Made by a program: the position numbers and the translations under genes. From contig CAYOXP010000002.1 in the NCBI GenBank assembly GCA_964407995.1, positions 7,054 through 39,530 of the forward strand: a DNA stretch of 32,477 bases, given 5' to 3'. The notes beneath the pieces were generated by a model. The model was not told where the DNA came from. It did not search any database and saw only the letters and a list, made by a program, of their open reading frames with translations. Positions 9,652 to 19,133 of this stretch are shown here, piece after piece (position 1 is the first letter of the stretch; the number at the start of each line of letters is the position of its first letter). This DNA comes from an uncultured Aquiluna sp. (GTDB taxonomy: Bacteria; Actinomycetota; Actinomycetes; Actinomycetales; Microbacteriaceae).

Positions 9652-10521
9652 GTGATCGACCTTCATGCACACACCAATCACTCGGATGGCAAAGATTCGC
9701 CAACGGAGTTAGTTGCAAATGCCGCACAGGCAGGGCTGAGCGTGATCGCTATCACGGATCATGACTCCGTTGCCGGTTGGACTGAAGCGATACGGGCTGC
9801 TCAGTCACATCGCATTGGGTTGGTCCCGGGTATAGAAGTATCTACTCGGGCTGTTACCGAAAACGGCCGTGGGATCAGTGTTCACGTCCTGGCATATCTG
9901 CCAGACCCAGAGAATGAGCCGCTTCTGACCGCCCTCAATCGCACCAAGGCTTCAAGAATCACGAGAGCACAAGAAATGGTGGATCGCCTCAAGGCCGATT
10001 ATCCAATCGATTGGGAGCTCGTTAGGGAGCAGTTACCCGAGGGTTCAACAATCGGCAGGCCAGCAATTGCAGATGCCCTGGTTGCAGCAGGCATTGTGCC
10101 AACCAGGTCAGATGCCTTTACTTCCATTCTTCATCGCAGCTCCAGGTACTACGTCTCCGAACAATCATTGGACACCGCTGAGGCAATAAGACTTATTCGC
10201 GAAGCTGGGGGAGTATCGGTTATGGCTCACCCGCTAATTGATTTTCCAGCCGAAGCTGATCCGGCAAATTTGCCACTGGGGCATTTTGAGCAGTTAATCG
10301 AGGCTGGCCTAGACGGACTCGAAGTCAACCACCGCTCAGTGCCCAGGGTTGCCAAAGATTGGCTAGAGAACCTGGCCTTCAAGCACAACTTGATCGTTAC
10401 GGGCTCTAGCGATTACCACGGTGTCGGGGGTAAGGAAAACAAGCTCGGTGAGAACACCACCAGCCCTGAGATGCTTGATCGAATTATCGATCAAGCCTGG
10501 GGCTTCGAAGCGTTTCTGTAG
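9652..10521 (+). CDS. PHP-domain metal-dependent phosphoesterase (TrpH/YciV-like)
   Basis: Start re-called to GTG 9652: (M)IDLHAHTNHSDG, AITDHD, PGIEVS, VHVLAY, AHP, GSSDYHG. Confidence 0.9.
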   Translation: MIDLHAHTNHSDGKDSPTELVANAAQAGLSVIAITDHDSVAGWTEAIRAAQSHRIGLVPGIEVSTRAVTENGRGISVHVLAYLPDPENEPLLTALNRTKASRITRAQEMVDRLKADYPIDWELVREQLPEGSTIGRPAIADALVAAGIVPTRSDAFTSILHRSSRYYVSEQSLDTAEAIRLIREAGGVSVMAHPLIDFPAEADPANLPLGHFEQLIEAGLDGLEVNHRSVPRVAKDWLENLAFKHNLIVTGSSDYHGVGGKENKLGENTTSPEMLDRIIDQAWGFEAFL

Positions 10522-11798
10522 TTTCTTCTGCGGTTGCGATCGCGTTTAGGAGCTTCAGGTGTCTCGGTCTTGACGACAGGCTTTTGAGGCGCCTTCTTCA
10601 CCGGTTCTTTGGTGCTTCTGGCGATTCGACCCTTGGTGCCCTCTGCAATACCGAGGTCGCTGAACAGGTGCTTGGAGCTTGAGTAAGTCTCTTGTGGTTC
10701 GGCGTGACCAAGTTCTAGTTCGCGGTTGATGTGCACCCAGCGAGCCATGTCTTCCCAATCGACAAATGTGACAGCAACGCCAAGTTTTCCAGCACGACCG
10801 GTGCGGCCAACCCGGTGCAGGTAAGCCTTTTCGTCCTCCGGCACTGAATAGTTGATTACGTGGGTAACGTCATCGACATCGATGCCTCGAGCAGCCACCT
10901 CTGTGGCAACCAAAATCTCTTTCTTGCCGCTTCTGAAGTTGGCCATCGATCGCTCACGCGCCTCCTGGCTCATGTCACCGTGCAGTGGTGTCGCGTTGAA
11001 GCCTCTGTCGATTAGTTCTTCGGTCAACTTGGCACTGGTGCGTTTGGTCTTTACGAAGATGACCGTCTTGCCTCGACCCTCGGCCTGGAGGATGCGACCA
11101 ACAACCTCATCTTTGTCCAGTGCATGTGCTCGGTAGATGAACTGCTTAATGTCGGCCTTGGTCTTACCCTCGTCTGGGTCTTGAACGCGAATGTGAAGTG
11201 GCTTGTTCTGGTAGCGACGAGCAAGGTTCAGAATCTGAGCCGGCATGGTCGCACTAAAAAGCATGGTCTGACGATCTTGTGGGGTGAAACTGAATAACTT
11301 CTCCACATCTGGCAAGAAACCGAGGTCGAGCATTTCATCAGCCTCATCCAAAACCATGAACTTGATCTTTGAAAGATCAAGTAGCTTTTGCTTCGCAAGG
11401 TCAATTAGACGACCAGGTGTTCCAACAACTACTTGGGCACCAGCCTTGATGGCGGCAATTTGACCTTCGTACGCCTTGCCGCCGTAAATGGCTGCAATCT
11501 GAGTAGGTCGATTTGAGGCTGCAAGCTCCAGGTCTTCGGCAACCTGAACCGCTAGCTCTCTGGTTGGCACAACCACCAGCGCCTGAACTCCAGGTTCTGG
11601 CTCTGCACCTAGTGACTGCAACAGTGGCAAACCAAAGCCTAGGGTCTTACCGGTTCCAGTCTTGGCCTGGCCGATTACGTCCGAACCAGATAACGCAACT
11701 GGAATAGCTTGTTGCTGAATTGGGAATGGAGTGCTGATGTTTTTGGAATCTAATGCTTCGCAAATGTCTGCATCAATGCCGAGTTCTCTGAATGTCAA
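10491..11798 (-). CDS. DEAD-box RNA helicase (RhlE/Rv3211-like)
   Basis: Q motif PFPIQ, GTGKT, PTRELA, TPGRL, DEAD, SAT, ARGID, HRVGRTGR, basic C-terminal tail; TTG start with AGAAAG upstream. Confidence 0.95.
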   Translation of the reverse strand: MTFRELGIDADICEALDSKNISTPFPIQQQAIPVALSGSDVIGQAKTGTGKTLGFGLPLLQSLGAEPEPGVQALVVVPTRELAVQVAEDLELAASNRPTQIAAIYGGKAYEGQIAAIKAGAQVVVGTPGRLIDLAKQKLLDLSKIKFMVLDEADEMLDLGFLPDVEKLFSFTPQDRQTMLFSATMPAQILNLARRYQNKPLHIRVQDPDEGKTKADIKQFIYRAHALDKDEVVGRILQAEGRGKTVIFVKTKRTSAKLTEELIDRGFNATPLHGDMSQEARERSMANFRSGKKEILVATEVAARGIDVDDVTHVINYSVPEDEKAYLHRVGRTGRAGKLGVAVTFVDWEDMARWVHINRELELGHAEPQETYSSSKHLFSDLGIAEGTKGRIARSTKEPVKKAPQKPVVKTETPEAPKRDRNRRRNYRNASKPQA

Positions 11799-11864
11799 GG
11801 AAATCTTTCTGTCATTTGCGAGCTGACTGTTTCTGCTCGCAACCTTTAGTTATAAGCTTTTCGG

Positions 11865-12623
11865 GTGTTGGATTGGATTCGCAGGCTGCGTAAGGTTTCG
11901 CAGAAGCTCACGCTTCCCTCGCGCGATGCAAGTGCTGGAAGATCTCAGATCCAACTCAACCCTGCCAAGCTTACCCCTTCACCTGAAATTTATCTGAGCC
12001 AGCTCGCAGCGCTTACCCAGGTGATGGGCGAGCAGCTAGATCGTCAGTCAGGAGATTCCAGCGATAAGACGATCTCAAATCGACTGCATGAGTTCTCTAA
12101 TCGTTGCTATGCAGCTCACGCTGCAGTGACTGAGCTGATGGCGAAATCAGGATCTGGCTCTTCAAGCAATCAAGGGCCCTTCGAAACCCGCCTGCAGACC
12201 ATGCTTGAGCGAATTCAGGGAACGGATCTTTACGAAGATCTAATGCTTAACTACATCGCATTTGTGATGTTGAAAGATAACTATCGCAAGTTAGCTAAGG
12301 GTCTTACGCCGGCAAAGCGCCTAAAGGTCGAGGAGCTTATCGATTCGCTAGCTTTCGAGGAACCGCTTTACAAAATCATTTTTAGCGCGATCGAAGCCGA
12401 TGCCAAACTCGGTCACAGACTTGCGATGTATGGGCGCATGATCGTTGCCGATGTGCTTCTTGAGATTCGCGACAGCGTGAGCCTAGATAAGGTTGCCCAA
12501 ATTTCTAACGATCTTGATGTCAGCGAACGGGCGAGGGCTCAGTTCAAGGCGCTTGAGCCTTACAGTTCCGAGCTGATCGCTCAGCACACTGTGAGGATGG
12601 ACCGCTTAGGCCTTACCGCGTAA
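11865..12623 (+). CDS. Ferritin-like fold (MiaE-like, Rv3210c-type) protein
   Basis: All-helical; RLAMYGRMIVAD and C-terminal HTVRMDRLGLTA; conserved position between the DEAD helicase and DUF3107. TAAGCT 6 nt upstream of GTG. Confidence 0.75.
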   Translation: MLDWIRRLRKVSQKLTLPSRDASAGRSQIQLNPAKLTPSPEIYLSQLAALTQVMGEQLDRQSGDSSDKTISNRLHEFSNRCYAAHAAVTELMAKSGSGSSSNQGPFETRLQTMLERIQGTDLYEDLMLNYIAFVMLKDNYRKLAKGLTPAKRLKVEELIDSLAFEEPLYKIIFSAIEADAKLGHRLAMYGRMIVADVLLEIRDSVSLDKVAQISNDLDVSERARAQFKALEPYSSELIAQHTVRMDRLGLTA

Positions 12624-12905
12624 GCGAATTTCGTTTAGCTTCTGCGCCTCTAGTGCCTCGCGAGTCTTTGCAAGATAGCCGCTTCCGAACCAGACAGCTG
12701 CCGGCATGGCCAGCATCACAATGAACCAAATCCAAGCTTCGTCGTAGTGGAAGCCGAACCAGGTAAGAAGTAGCCAAAGCACAGAACCTGAGACGAGCGA
12801 AAGGCCAGCTGGAACCAGCGATCCATAGTGCTCGGTTTTTGGTAGAACGAATGGGGCCACTAGGGCCAAGATTGCGGCGTAAGCCAGAAGAACAAGAATT
12901 TCCAT
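12606..12905 (-). CDS. Small membrane protein with about 3 TM segments, function unknown
   Basis: Three hydrophobic segments; TAATG stop/start overlap with DUF3107. Confidence 0.75.
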   Translation of the reverse strand: MEILVLLAYAAILALVAPFVLPKTEHYGSLVPAGLSLVSGSVLWLLLTWFGFHYDEAWIWFIVMLAMPAAVWFGSGYLAKTREALEAQKLNEIRLRGKA

Positions 12906-13129
12906 TAGGCGATAAACCCTACTCTGCGGTTTTGCTCCGCACCGATCTCGATGTATGCGATTGAGGCAACCGGGACAATTATGGTCTTGCCCTTTTCGTC
13001 CTGAAATTTCATAAGTTCAGCTTTGGAGGAATAGGCGGAATCAATCTGGGCGGTTATGTCTGCAACTGAAAGATTTGATTCAAAGCTGACATCTCGCTGG
13101 TTTTCGCGAATTCCGATTCTGATTTCCAT
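12905..13129 (-). CDS. DUF3107 family protein
   Basis: MEIRIGI...D.KG..IIVP..IAYIEIG....RRVGF; AAGGAG SD and TAACCT -10 upstream. Confidence 0.9.
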   Translation of the reverse strand: MEIRIGIRENQRDVSFESNLSVADITAQIDSAYSSKAELMKFQDEKGKTIIVPVASIAYIEIGAEQNRRVGFIA

Positions 13130-13167
13130 GGCACTCCTTTTAGCGCTACAAGGTTACGACATCAAAA

Positions 13168-13189
13168 TGACAGATGTGGGCAATAGATT
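13168..13189 (+). promoter_or_regulatory. Candidate PafBC-type (RecA-independent damage) promoter of adnAB
   Basis: TGACAG-N10-TAGATT, then 6 nt to GTG. The known consensus is TGTCRG-N10-TAnnnT (one mismatch). Confidence 0.5.
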
Positions 13190-13195
13190 TGCAAT

Positions 13196-16066
13196 GTGAG
13201 TTCAAGTCCAACCATCTTCGCTAGCGCGGCAATTGATCAATTGCCATTGGTTAGGCACGAACTCGTTCACGAACTCTCCATTGGCCAGCATCTAGTTGTC
13301 GGCGCACCTGGCTCTGGTAAAACCATGCTGCTTCGTCAGCTGGTAAAGCACATCGAAGTTGGCGGCGTGAGGCCTGAAGAGATTTTGGTCCTGACCCCTA
13401 ACCGAGCCGCTGCAAGCAAGTTGCGCGACGCAATTGCGTTGGATTCACGCAAAGCCTCATCCACTCCAAGAGCCCGATCGCTTGCCTCTTTCGCGTTTAT
13501 GCAGCATCTTGCAAAAAGGCCCGACCTAAAACTTTTCAGTGGTAGTCAGCAGCAGGCAGTCATTGAGGATTTGATCGCAACCTCGCCACATGCTCCATGG
13601 GGTTTGGATGTGCTAACCATTCGCCTTCAGGGCTTTGTTCAGGAACTTCGCGACCTGCTAACTATCTGTATCGAGTTTCAACTAGGCGAGGATCAACTAG
13701 CGAAACTTGCAGAGAAGTATCCTGCCAAGCAATTTGAAATTGCCAGGGAGTTGCTACCGAGGTATCTGCAGAAACTCGATGAATTCGGAGCACTCGATAG
13801 TTCTCAGTTGGTTGCAGCTAGCCCGACAAAAACCAACGCTAAATTTGTATTGGTTGACGATGCCCAAGATATTTCCAGAGCCGGCTTACAGCTAATTGGA
13901 GAAATTTCAAAAGGTAAAAACCTCGTCTTGTTTGGCGACCCAGACTCAAGTGTTCTCGGTTTCCGATCTGGGCTGTCAGAAGGTTTTTTGGCATTCTTTC
14001 CGCAAAACAAAAAGCACTTCTTAACCCCAAGAAGTCAATTCGATTTTGAGCTTGGCAGGCTCTCGTCCAAGCTGCCACCGCTTTTTGCAGGGCCGCAGCG
14101 CCATGTGGGTCAAGGCGAGCCAAATATTGAGTCAAGACTATTTGTGAACCAGGTCGCTGAGGCCGATTGGTTGGCTGCGCAAATTCGACGAAGTCGATTG
14201 GAAACCGGCCTTGAGTTTTCCGATATTGCGGTCGTCGCCAGAACCAGGGTTCAGCTAGAGCAAATTGCCTCTCAACTTAGCTCCCGCATGGTTCCAGTTC
14301 ATATCGTTGGAGCGCAACTTGCCTTGCGCGATCAATACCTAGCTAGGTCAATCCTTGAATTGGCTCAGTTGGCATTCGAGTTGCCGGACTCAACTCTCAT
14401 CCCGCAGGTGTTGCAATCCTCCGTTGTTGGCCTAGACGCGATTGGCGTCAGGCGCCTGTTGCGCCAGCTAGTCGGCATGACTGAATACCAAGGCAAAACT
14501 AAGGATCAAATACTCCAGGAAGCTCTCGAGATCGGTGTTGAGCCAGCCTCCTTCGAGCTAAGAAAGCTAAATAGGCTGGCAGATCTGATTCGCGAAGTAA
14601 GGGAATTAGCCGACGGCACTGCTCATGAATTGGTTTCGAAAGTGTTCGAGAACATCGATTCCAAGCTTTTGCAAACCATCGCCAAGGGTCGAACTGAACC
14701 GGCGCTGAGTGCTAATCGAGATTTGGATTCGGCCCTTGAGTTGTTTGCTGCGGCCATCAGGTTTGATCAGCGTGAAGGAAAAACAGCGGCTGAGTTTGTC
14801 TCGTTGCAGCTTTCCCAAGCGGTCCCGGAGGATTCGCTTGCTCCTATCGGTCTGCGAGATGCCGTTCAGTTAGCAACTGCATCCCAGCTCATTGACAAAA
14901 GGTATGAGCTGGTATTTGCCCCAAGGCTGCAAGATGGAATTTGGCCAAATCTTCGCCCTAGAACATCGCTACTAGGAGCGCAGTCATTGGCCGCATTTCT
15001 AGATGGTCGCATTGATACCCCGCTTGAGCCGGCTAGAAGTGAGCTGGATGATGAGATTCGACTGTTTTATAAAACGATTGGAACTGCCAATCAGCAGGTT
15101 TATCTCAGTGCAATGAGCTCCATCGAAGAGCAACCGTCGCAATTTTTTGAACTGTTGCACCTAGCGCCAGAGATTCAGCAGGTAGCAATCGATTTCGACC
15201 TAAGAAGATTGGTTGGCCGTTACCGCAAACAGTTGGCGCAAGGTGATTTGAGTGTTGCCCCGCGATTGGCTGCGTTGGCCCTTCTGGGTGTGGCTGGGGC
15301 TCACCCCGATGGTTGGCAGGGGCTTTTGCCGATTTCAACCGGTGATTCGCTGGCCGGCGATCAAGATTTGATCAGATTCTCACCTTCCAGGCTGGATGCA
15401 TTTGAGACCTGCCCATTGCATTGGTTTATCAACAACTTCGGGGGAGACGGGTCTGGCTTCGAAGCCTCACTTGGTACTTTGCTCCACGAAGCCCTCGAAA
15501 TGGCCAGAAACGGCCAAGAAGTAGTGGGTTACCTAGAGAGCAATTGGCACACTCTGGAATTTGAAACCCAATGGCAAGCCGCTTCACAAAAACGCAAGGC
15601 TGTAAAAATGGCAGCAGCCATCGGTGAGTATCTGCAATCTGCTGACAGGCTGTTGCAGGCTGAGCAAAAATTTGAGCTCAGTATCGGCAGGCTTCAAATC
15701 GTGGGCAAGATCGACAGAGTTGAAGAAGCTGCCGATGGGACCATTCAGGTGGTCGATTTGAAGACTGGGCGTGTCCCAACACAGGCTCAAGTCGATGGGC
15801 ATCGACAGCTAGCTGTTTATCAGCTAGCCATGCGGCAATTAGGGCATGAGGTTTCAGGTGGGCGGATTGTCGCGGTCGGAGATCAAAAGCTAAAAATCCT
15901 GCAGCAGGGCAAATTGGAAGGCGAGGCCGAGGCCCAAATTCTCAACCTGCTGCAGCAGGTTGTTGATGGCGCCGGGGGAAGCGATTTCAACGCGAGTATT
16001 TCCAGTCATTGCCAAGGTGATGAGAATTGCCAACTGCTTCTAACCAAGGCGGTGACTCATGGTTAA
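13196..16066 (+). CDS. adnA: AdnA-like UvrD helicase / RecB-type nuclease subunit
   Basis: GAPGSGKT, LVDDAQD, FGDPD, C-terminal PD-(D/E)XK nuclease (SPSRL..CPLHW, GKIDRVE, VVDLKTG, QLAVY); tandem with adnB. Confidence 0.87.
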   Translation: MSSSPTIFASAAIDQLPLVRHELVHELSIGQHLVVGAPGSGKTMLLRQLVKHIEVGGVRPEEILVLTPNRAAASKLRDAIALDSRKASSTPRARSLASFAFMQHLAKRPDLKLFSGSQQQAVIEDLIATSPHAPWGLDVLTIRLQGFVQELRDLLTICIEFQLGEDQLAKLAEKYPAKQFEIARELLPRYLQKLDEFGALDSSQLVAASPTKTNAKFVLVDDAQDISRAGLQLIGEISKGKNLVLFGDPDSSVLGFRSGLSEGFLAFFPQNKKHFLTPRSQFDFELGRLSSKLPPLFAGPQRHVGQGEPNIESRLFVNQVAEADWLAAQIRRSRLETGLEFSDIAVVARTRVQLEQIASQLSSRMVPVHIVGAQLALRDQYLARSILELAQLAFELPDSTLIPQVLQSSVVGLDAIGVRRLLRQLVGMTEYQGKTKDQILQEALEIGVEPASFELRKLNRLADLIREVRELADGTAHELVSKVFENIDSKLLQTIAKGRTEPALSANRDLDSALELFAAAIRFDQREGKTAAEFVSLQLSQAVPEDSLAPIGLRDAVQLATASQLIDKRYELVFAPRLQDGIWPNLRPRTSLLGAQSLAAFLDGRIDTPLEPARSELDDEIRLFYKTIGTANQQVYLSAMSSIEEQPSQFFELLHLAPEIQQVAIDFDLRRLVGRYRKQLAQGDLSVAPRLAALALLGVAGAHPDGWQGLLPISTGDSLAGDQDLIRFSPSRLDAFETCPLHWFINNFGGDGSGFEASLGTLLHEALEMARNGQEVVGYLESNWHTLEFETQWQAASQKRKAVKMAAAIGEYLQSADRLLQAEQKFELSIGRLQIVGKIDRVEEAADGTIQVVDLKTGRVPTQAQVDGHRQLAVYQLAMRQLGHEVSGGRIVAVGDQKLKILQQGKLEGEAEAQILNLLQQVVDGAGGSDFNASISSHCQGDENCQLLLTKAVTHG

Positions 16067-19000
16067 ATTCAGTGCCGATCAGGTCTACGCCCTCTTGTCT
16101 AGGCACCTACTAACGGATGAACAGCGAGCAGTTGTCGAGGGTGCGCCAATTGATGCGCCAGCATTGGTAATTGCAGGAGCAGGCAGCGGCAAGACCGAAT
16201 TGATGACAGTCCGAGTTCTTTACTTAGTCGCTAATTCCTTGGCTAAGCCCAGCGAGATCCTTGGACTCACTTTCACCCGCAAGGCGGCTAGCGAGCTCTC
16301 TGCCAGGGTAAACCAAGCGCTTTACAAGCTCAGAGAGACCGAGCTTTGGCCAAATGACCTTGAACTTGATTTTGCACCGGCAACCATCACTACATATAAC
16401 TCATTTGGAAACGACATTTTCCGCAGGCTCTCACTAACTATCGGCTTTGAACAAGACGCAACTTTGATCTCTGAGGCCGGTGCGATTTCACTCGCCGACG
16501 AGTTACTTAAGAATGTTGGTAGCGATTTGACCGCAGATTTAGATCAGTGGGAGAAAACCAAAGGTCATCTAATTGATCTCGTTCTTCAACTAAACGCTGA
16601 GATGACCGATAACCAGGTCGGCAGTGAAAAAATGAAGGCGTACCTCGATCGCTTTATCGAGAAGGTTACGGCTTTGCCGCAAACCGAGTCTGGATCTATG
16701 GAGCGTTACTCGTATACGAATGAGCTCCTGGCAGTCGCAAGGCAAAATCAGATGCTTGCCGATCTGGCGAACAGCTATCAAGAGCTCAAAGCCAGCAGGA
16801 ACCTGGTTGATTTTTCGGATCAGGTTGCGCTGGCATTGAGAGCTCTGGATCAGCCACTGCATCTCGGCTACAAATTTGTCTTGCTGGATGAGTATCAAGA
16901 CACCTCAAGTATTCAAACTCAACTACTCTCAAGGCTTTTTGCCGGTTCAAGTGTGCTTGCCGTAGGAGATCCGAACCAGGCAATCTATGGCTGGCGAGGG
17001 GCAAGCAGTAATAACCTCGTTGATTTTCACCAAGACTTTCTAAGTCCTGGGCCGGTCACATTCACGCTTTCTAGGTCTTGGCGATCTGGACCAAGCGTGG
17101 TTGCTGCAGCAAATCGTCTAACTGGGCTGCTGAACGCATCTCAGCCACAACTTGCTCCAGTGAATCTTGAGCCGGGTAAGCCGGATAGCAAGGATCACGT
17201 CGCTGCCCAGATCCTCCAAGATGAGACCCAGGAAGCAAAAGCGATAGCCACCTGGTTTGCCGAGCGATTGACCGAAAATAAGTCAGCCGCACTTTTAGTT
17301 AGAACCAAGGCATCCATGCGGATGCTAGCTGAAGCATTAGAAGCAAAAGGCTTAGCGGTCGAAATTACCGGACTATCGTCGCTGATGGAAATGCCTGAAG
17401 TGGTGGACCTAATCTCCGCGCTGAATGTGCTCAATCGACCCGAGTCCGGTGCGCACTTGATGCGACTGTTGGCTGGGCCGAAATGGAGAATCGGCCCCAA
17501 GGACATCGCCGAACTCAGTAATTTCGCAAAGAAGCTCGGTTACCTCAAGAAGTCACCTAGCTCGATGCCGCTGACAATCATTGAGGCGTTAGATGAACTT
17601 CGATTCGATTCCAATCACAAGCACGCGGAATTCTCTGAGGTTGGACTTCGGAGGCTAGTGCAGGCCGCAGAATTCTTCGCAGCCGCCAGGGGCAGAAGCT
17701 CACTTACTCTGACAGAGCTCTGCTGGGCAGTGGTCAGGGAACTTGAAATCGACATAGAGCTATTCGCCCATTCGCAGTCACCAAATCCACTCAGCAACCT
17801 AGAGGCCTTTATTGCGAAGGTCGCTGATTTTGAACAATCTTCGCTCCGCCCCTCTGCAACAAGCCTCTTGGCTTGGCTTGATCAGGCCAAGGATAAGGAG
17901 AACTTCGAGCTTCCAAAATCCGGTGCAAAAAATGGCGTGGTTCAAATCATGAGTGTCCACGCGGCCAAGGGGCTGGAGTGGGATTTGGTTGCTGTAGCTG
18001 GCTTGAATCAGGGAAGTTTTCCAATTGAGTCCAGGGGTGCAAAGGGGTGGCTCTCGACCGGAAAGTTGCCATTTGAATTACGTGGTGACGCAACCGTGCT
18101 CCCTGTTTTTGATTTTTCAAATGCCACAACCCAGCGCTCCCTCAAGAAGTTATTCGATGAGTTCCAGGATTCGAATCGGGAAAGGGCACTTTTAGAAGAG
18201 CGCAGGTTGGCATACGTTGCAGTTACCAGGGCCAGAGAAGATCTGCTTCTGACCTCAAGCCACTACAAGCAGTCTGCAAAAAAACCAAGACCAATTTCAC
18301 CCTTTCTGCAAGAGCTTATTGATGACGAATTGTGTGAGATAAGTTCGGACATCCCGACGCCGCTAGAAAGCAATCCTTTGGAACAGGTGGTTCGAACGGC
18401 TATCTGGCCGGTTGACCCACTGGGAGAGAAAAGAAACAAGTTAGAGGTTGCAGCCTCATCAGTTCGCTCACATTCGCCGGCAGGACTTGAGGATTTTACG
18501 GAGTTGACCCTGCTCCTTGAAGAGCGAGAGAGAGTCAGCTGGGTCCAATCACCGAGACTGCCTGCGAGAATCTCAGCATCGAAGCTCATTAGGTTGCTGG
18601 CCGAACCAGAGCAGTTTGCCGACTGGTTGCTTCGACCAATGCCACAGCTGTATAGCGAATCCGCCCAGCTCGGCACCTCCTTCCACGCCAAACTGGAAGA
18701 GGCATTTCTGTCTGGGCTTGAAAACCCAATTGAATCTTGGGCTCAAGAAGAGAGTGAGCTTGGGGCCAACTTTGAAAATTCCCGGTTTGCCAAATTGGTT
18801 CCAGAGTTTGTAGAGCAAGCTATCGAATTTGAACTCGGTGGATTGATCGTGGTTTGCAAGATTGATGCAATTTTCCAGACCGAGTTTGGCTATGAAGTCG
18901 TTGATTGGAAGTCAGGCGCTTCACCAAAGGACCCGGCAGATTTGGAGCACAGAGCCTTGCAACTCGCCCTATATCGAATTGCCTTTTCGAAGTGGGCCGA

Positions 19001-19133
19001 AGTCCCGCTTGAAAGAATCAAAGCCAGCTTCTTTTTCGCTAAAGATGGAGTAGATGTTTCTCCTGACAACCTGTGGTCAGAAGGGCAATTTGTTGAGGAA
19101 ATATCCCGGGTTAGAACAGCTCGTCGAGGGTAG
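16059..19133 (+). CDS. adnB: AdnB-like ATP-dependent helicase / nuclease subunit
   Basis: AGAGSGKT, LTFTRKAA, LDEYQD, VGDPNQAIYGWRGA, SVHAAKGLEW, EERRLAYVAVTRA, nuclease KIDAIF..VVDWKSG..QLALY. Confidence 0.9.
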   Translation: MVKFSADQVYALLSRHLLTDEQRAVVEGAPIDAPALVIAGAGSGKTELMTVRVLYLVANSLAKPSEILGLTFTRKAASELSARVNQALYKLRETELWPNDLELDFAPATITTYNSFGNDIFRRLSLTIGFEQDATLISEAGAISLADELLKNVGSDLTADLDQWEKTKGHLIDLVLQLNAEMTDNQVGSEKMKAYLDRFIEKVTALPQTESGSMERYSYTNELLAVARQNQMLADLANSYQELKASRNLVDFSDQVALALRALDQPLHLGYKFVLLDEYQDTSSIQTQLLSRLFAGSSVLAVGDPNQAIYGWRGASSNNLVDFHQDFLSPGPVTFTLSRSWRSGPSVVAAANRLTGLLNASQPQLAPVNLEPGKPDSKDHVAAQILQDETQEAKAIATWFAERLTENKSAALLVRTKASMRMLAEALEAKGLAVEITGLSSLMEMPEVVDLISALNVLNRPESGAHLMRLLAGPKWRIGPKDIAELSNFAKKLGYLKKSPSSMPLTIIEALDELRFDSNHKHAEFSEVGLRRLVQAAEFFAAARGRSSLTLTELCWAVVRELEIDIELFAHSQSPNPLSNLEAFIAKVADFEQSSLRPSATSLLAWLDQAKDKENFELPKSGAKNGVVQIMSVHAAKGLEWDLVAVAGLNQGSFPIESRGAKGWLSTGKLPFELRGDATVLPVFDFSNATTQRSLKKLFDEFQDSNRERALLEERRLAYVAVTRAREDLLLTSSHYKQSAKKPRPISPFLQELIDDELCEISSDIPTPLESNPLEQVVRTAIWPVDPLGEKRNKLEVAASSVRSHSPAGLEDFTELTLLLEERERVSWVQSPRLPARISASKLIRLLAEPEQFADWLLRPMPQLYSESAQLGTSFHAKLEEAFLSGLENPIESWAQEESELGANFENSRFAKLVPEFVEQAIEFELGGLIVVCKIDAIFQTEFGYEVVDWKSGASPKDPADLEHRALQLALYRIAFSKWAEVPLERIKASFFFAKDGVDVSPDNLWSEGQFVEEISRVRTARRG

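Noticed and set aside
7601-9727. Apparent head-to-head 5' coding overlaps (7601-7767 and 9580-9727)
   Set aside because: Artefacts of longest-ORF start calls; family N-termini and leaderless -10 boxes place the starts at 7695/7742 and 9634/9652.
10880-10920. ATEVAARG instead of ATDVAARG in the DEAD helicase
   Set aside because: Conservative substitution; all other motifs are canonical.
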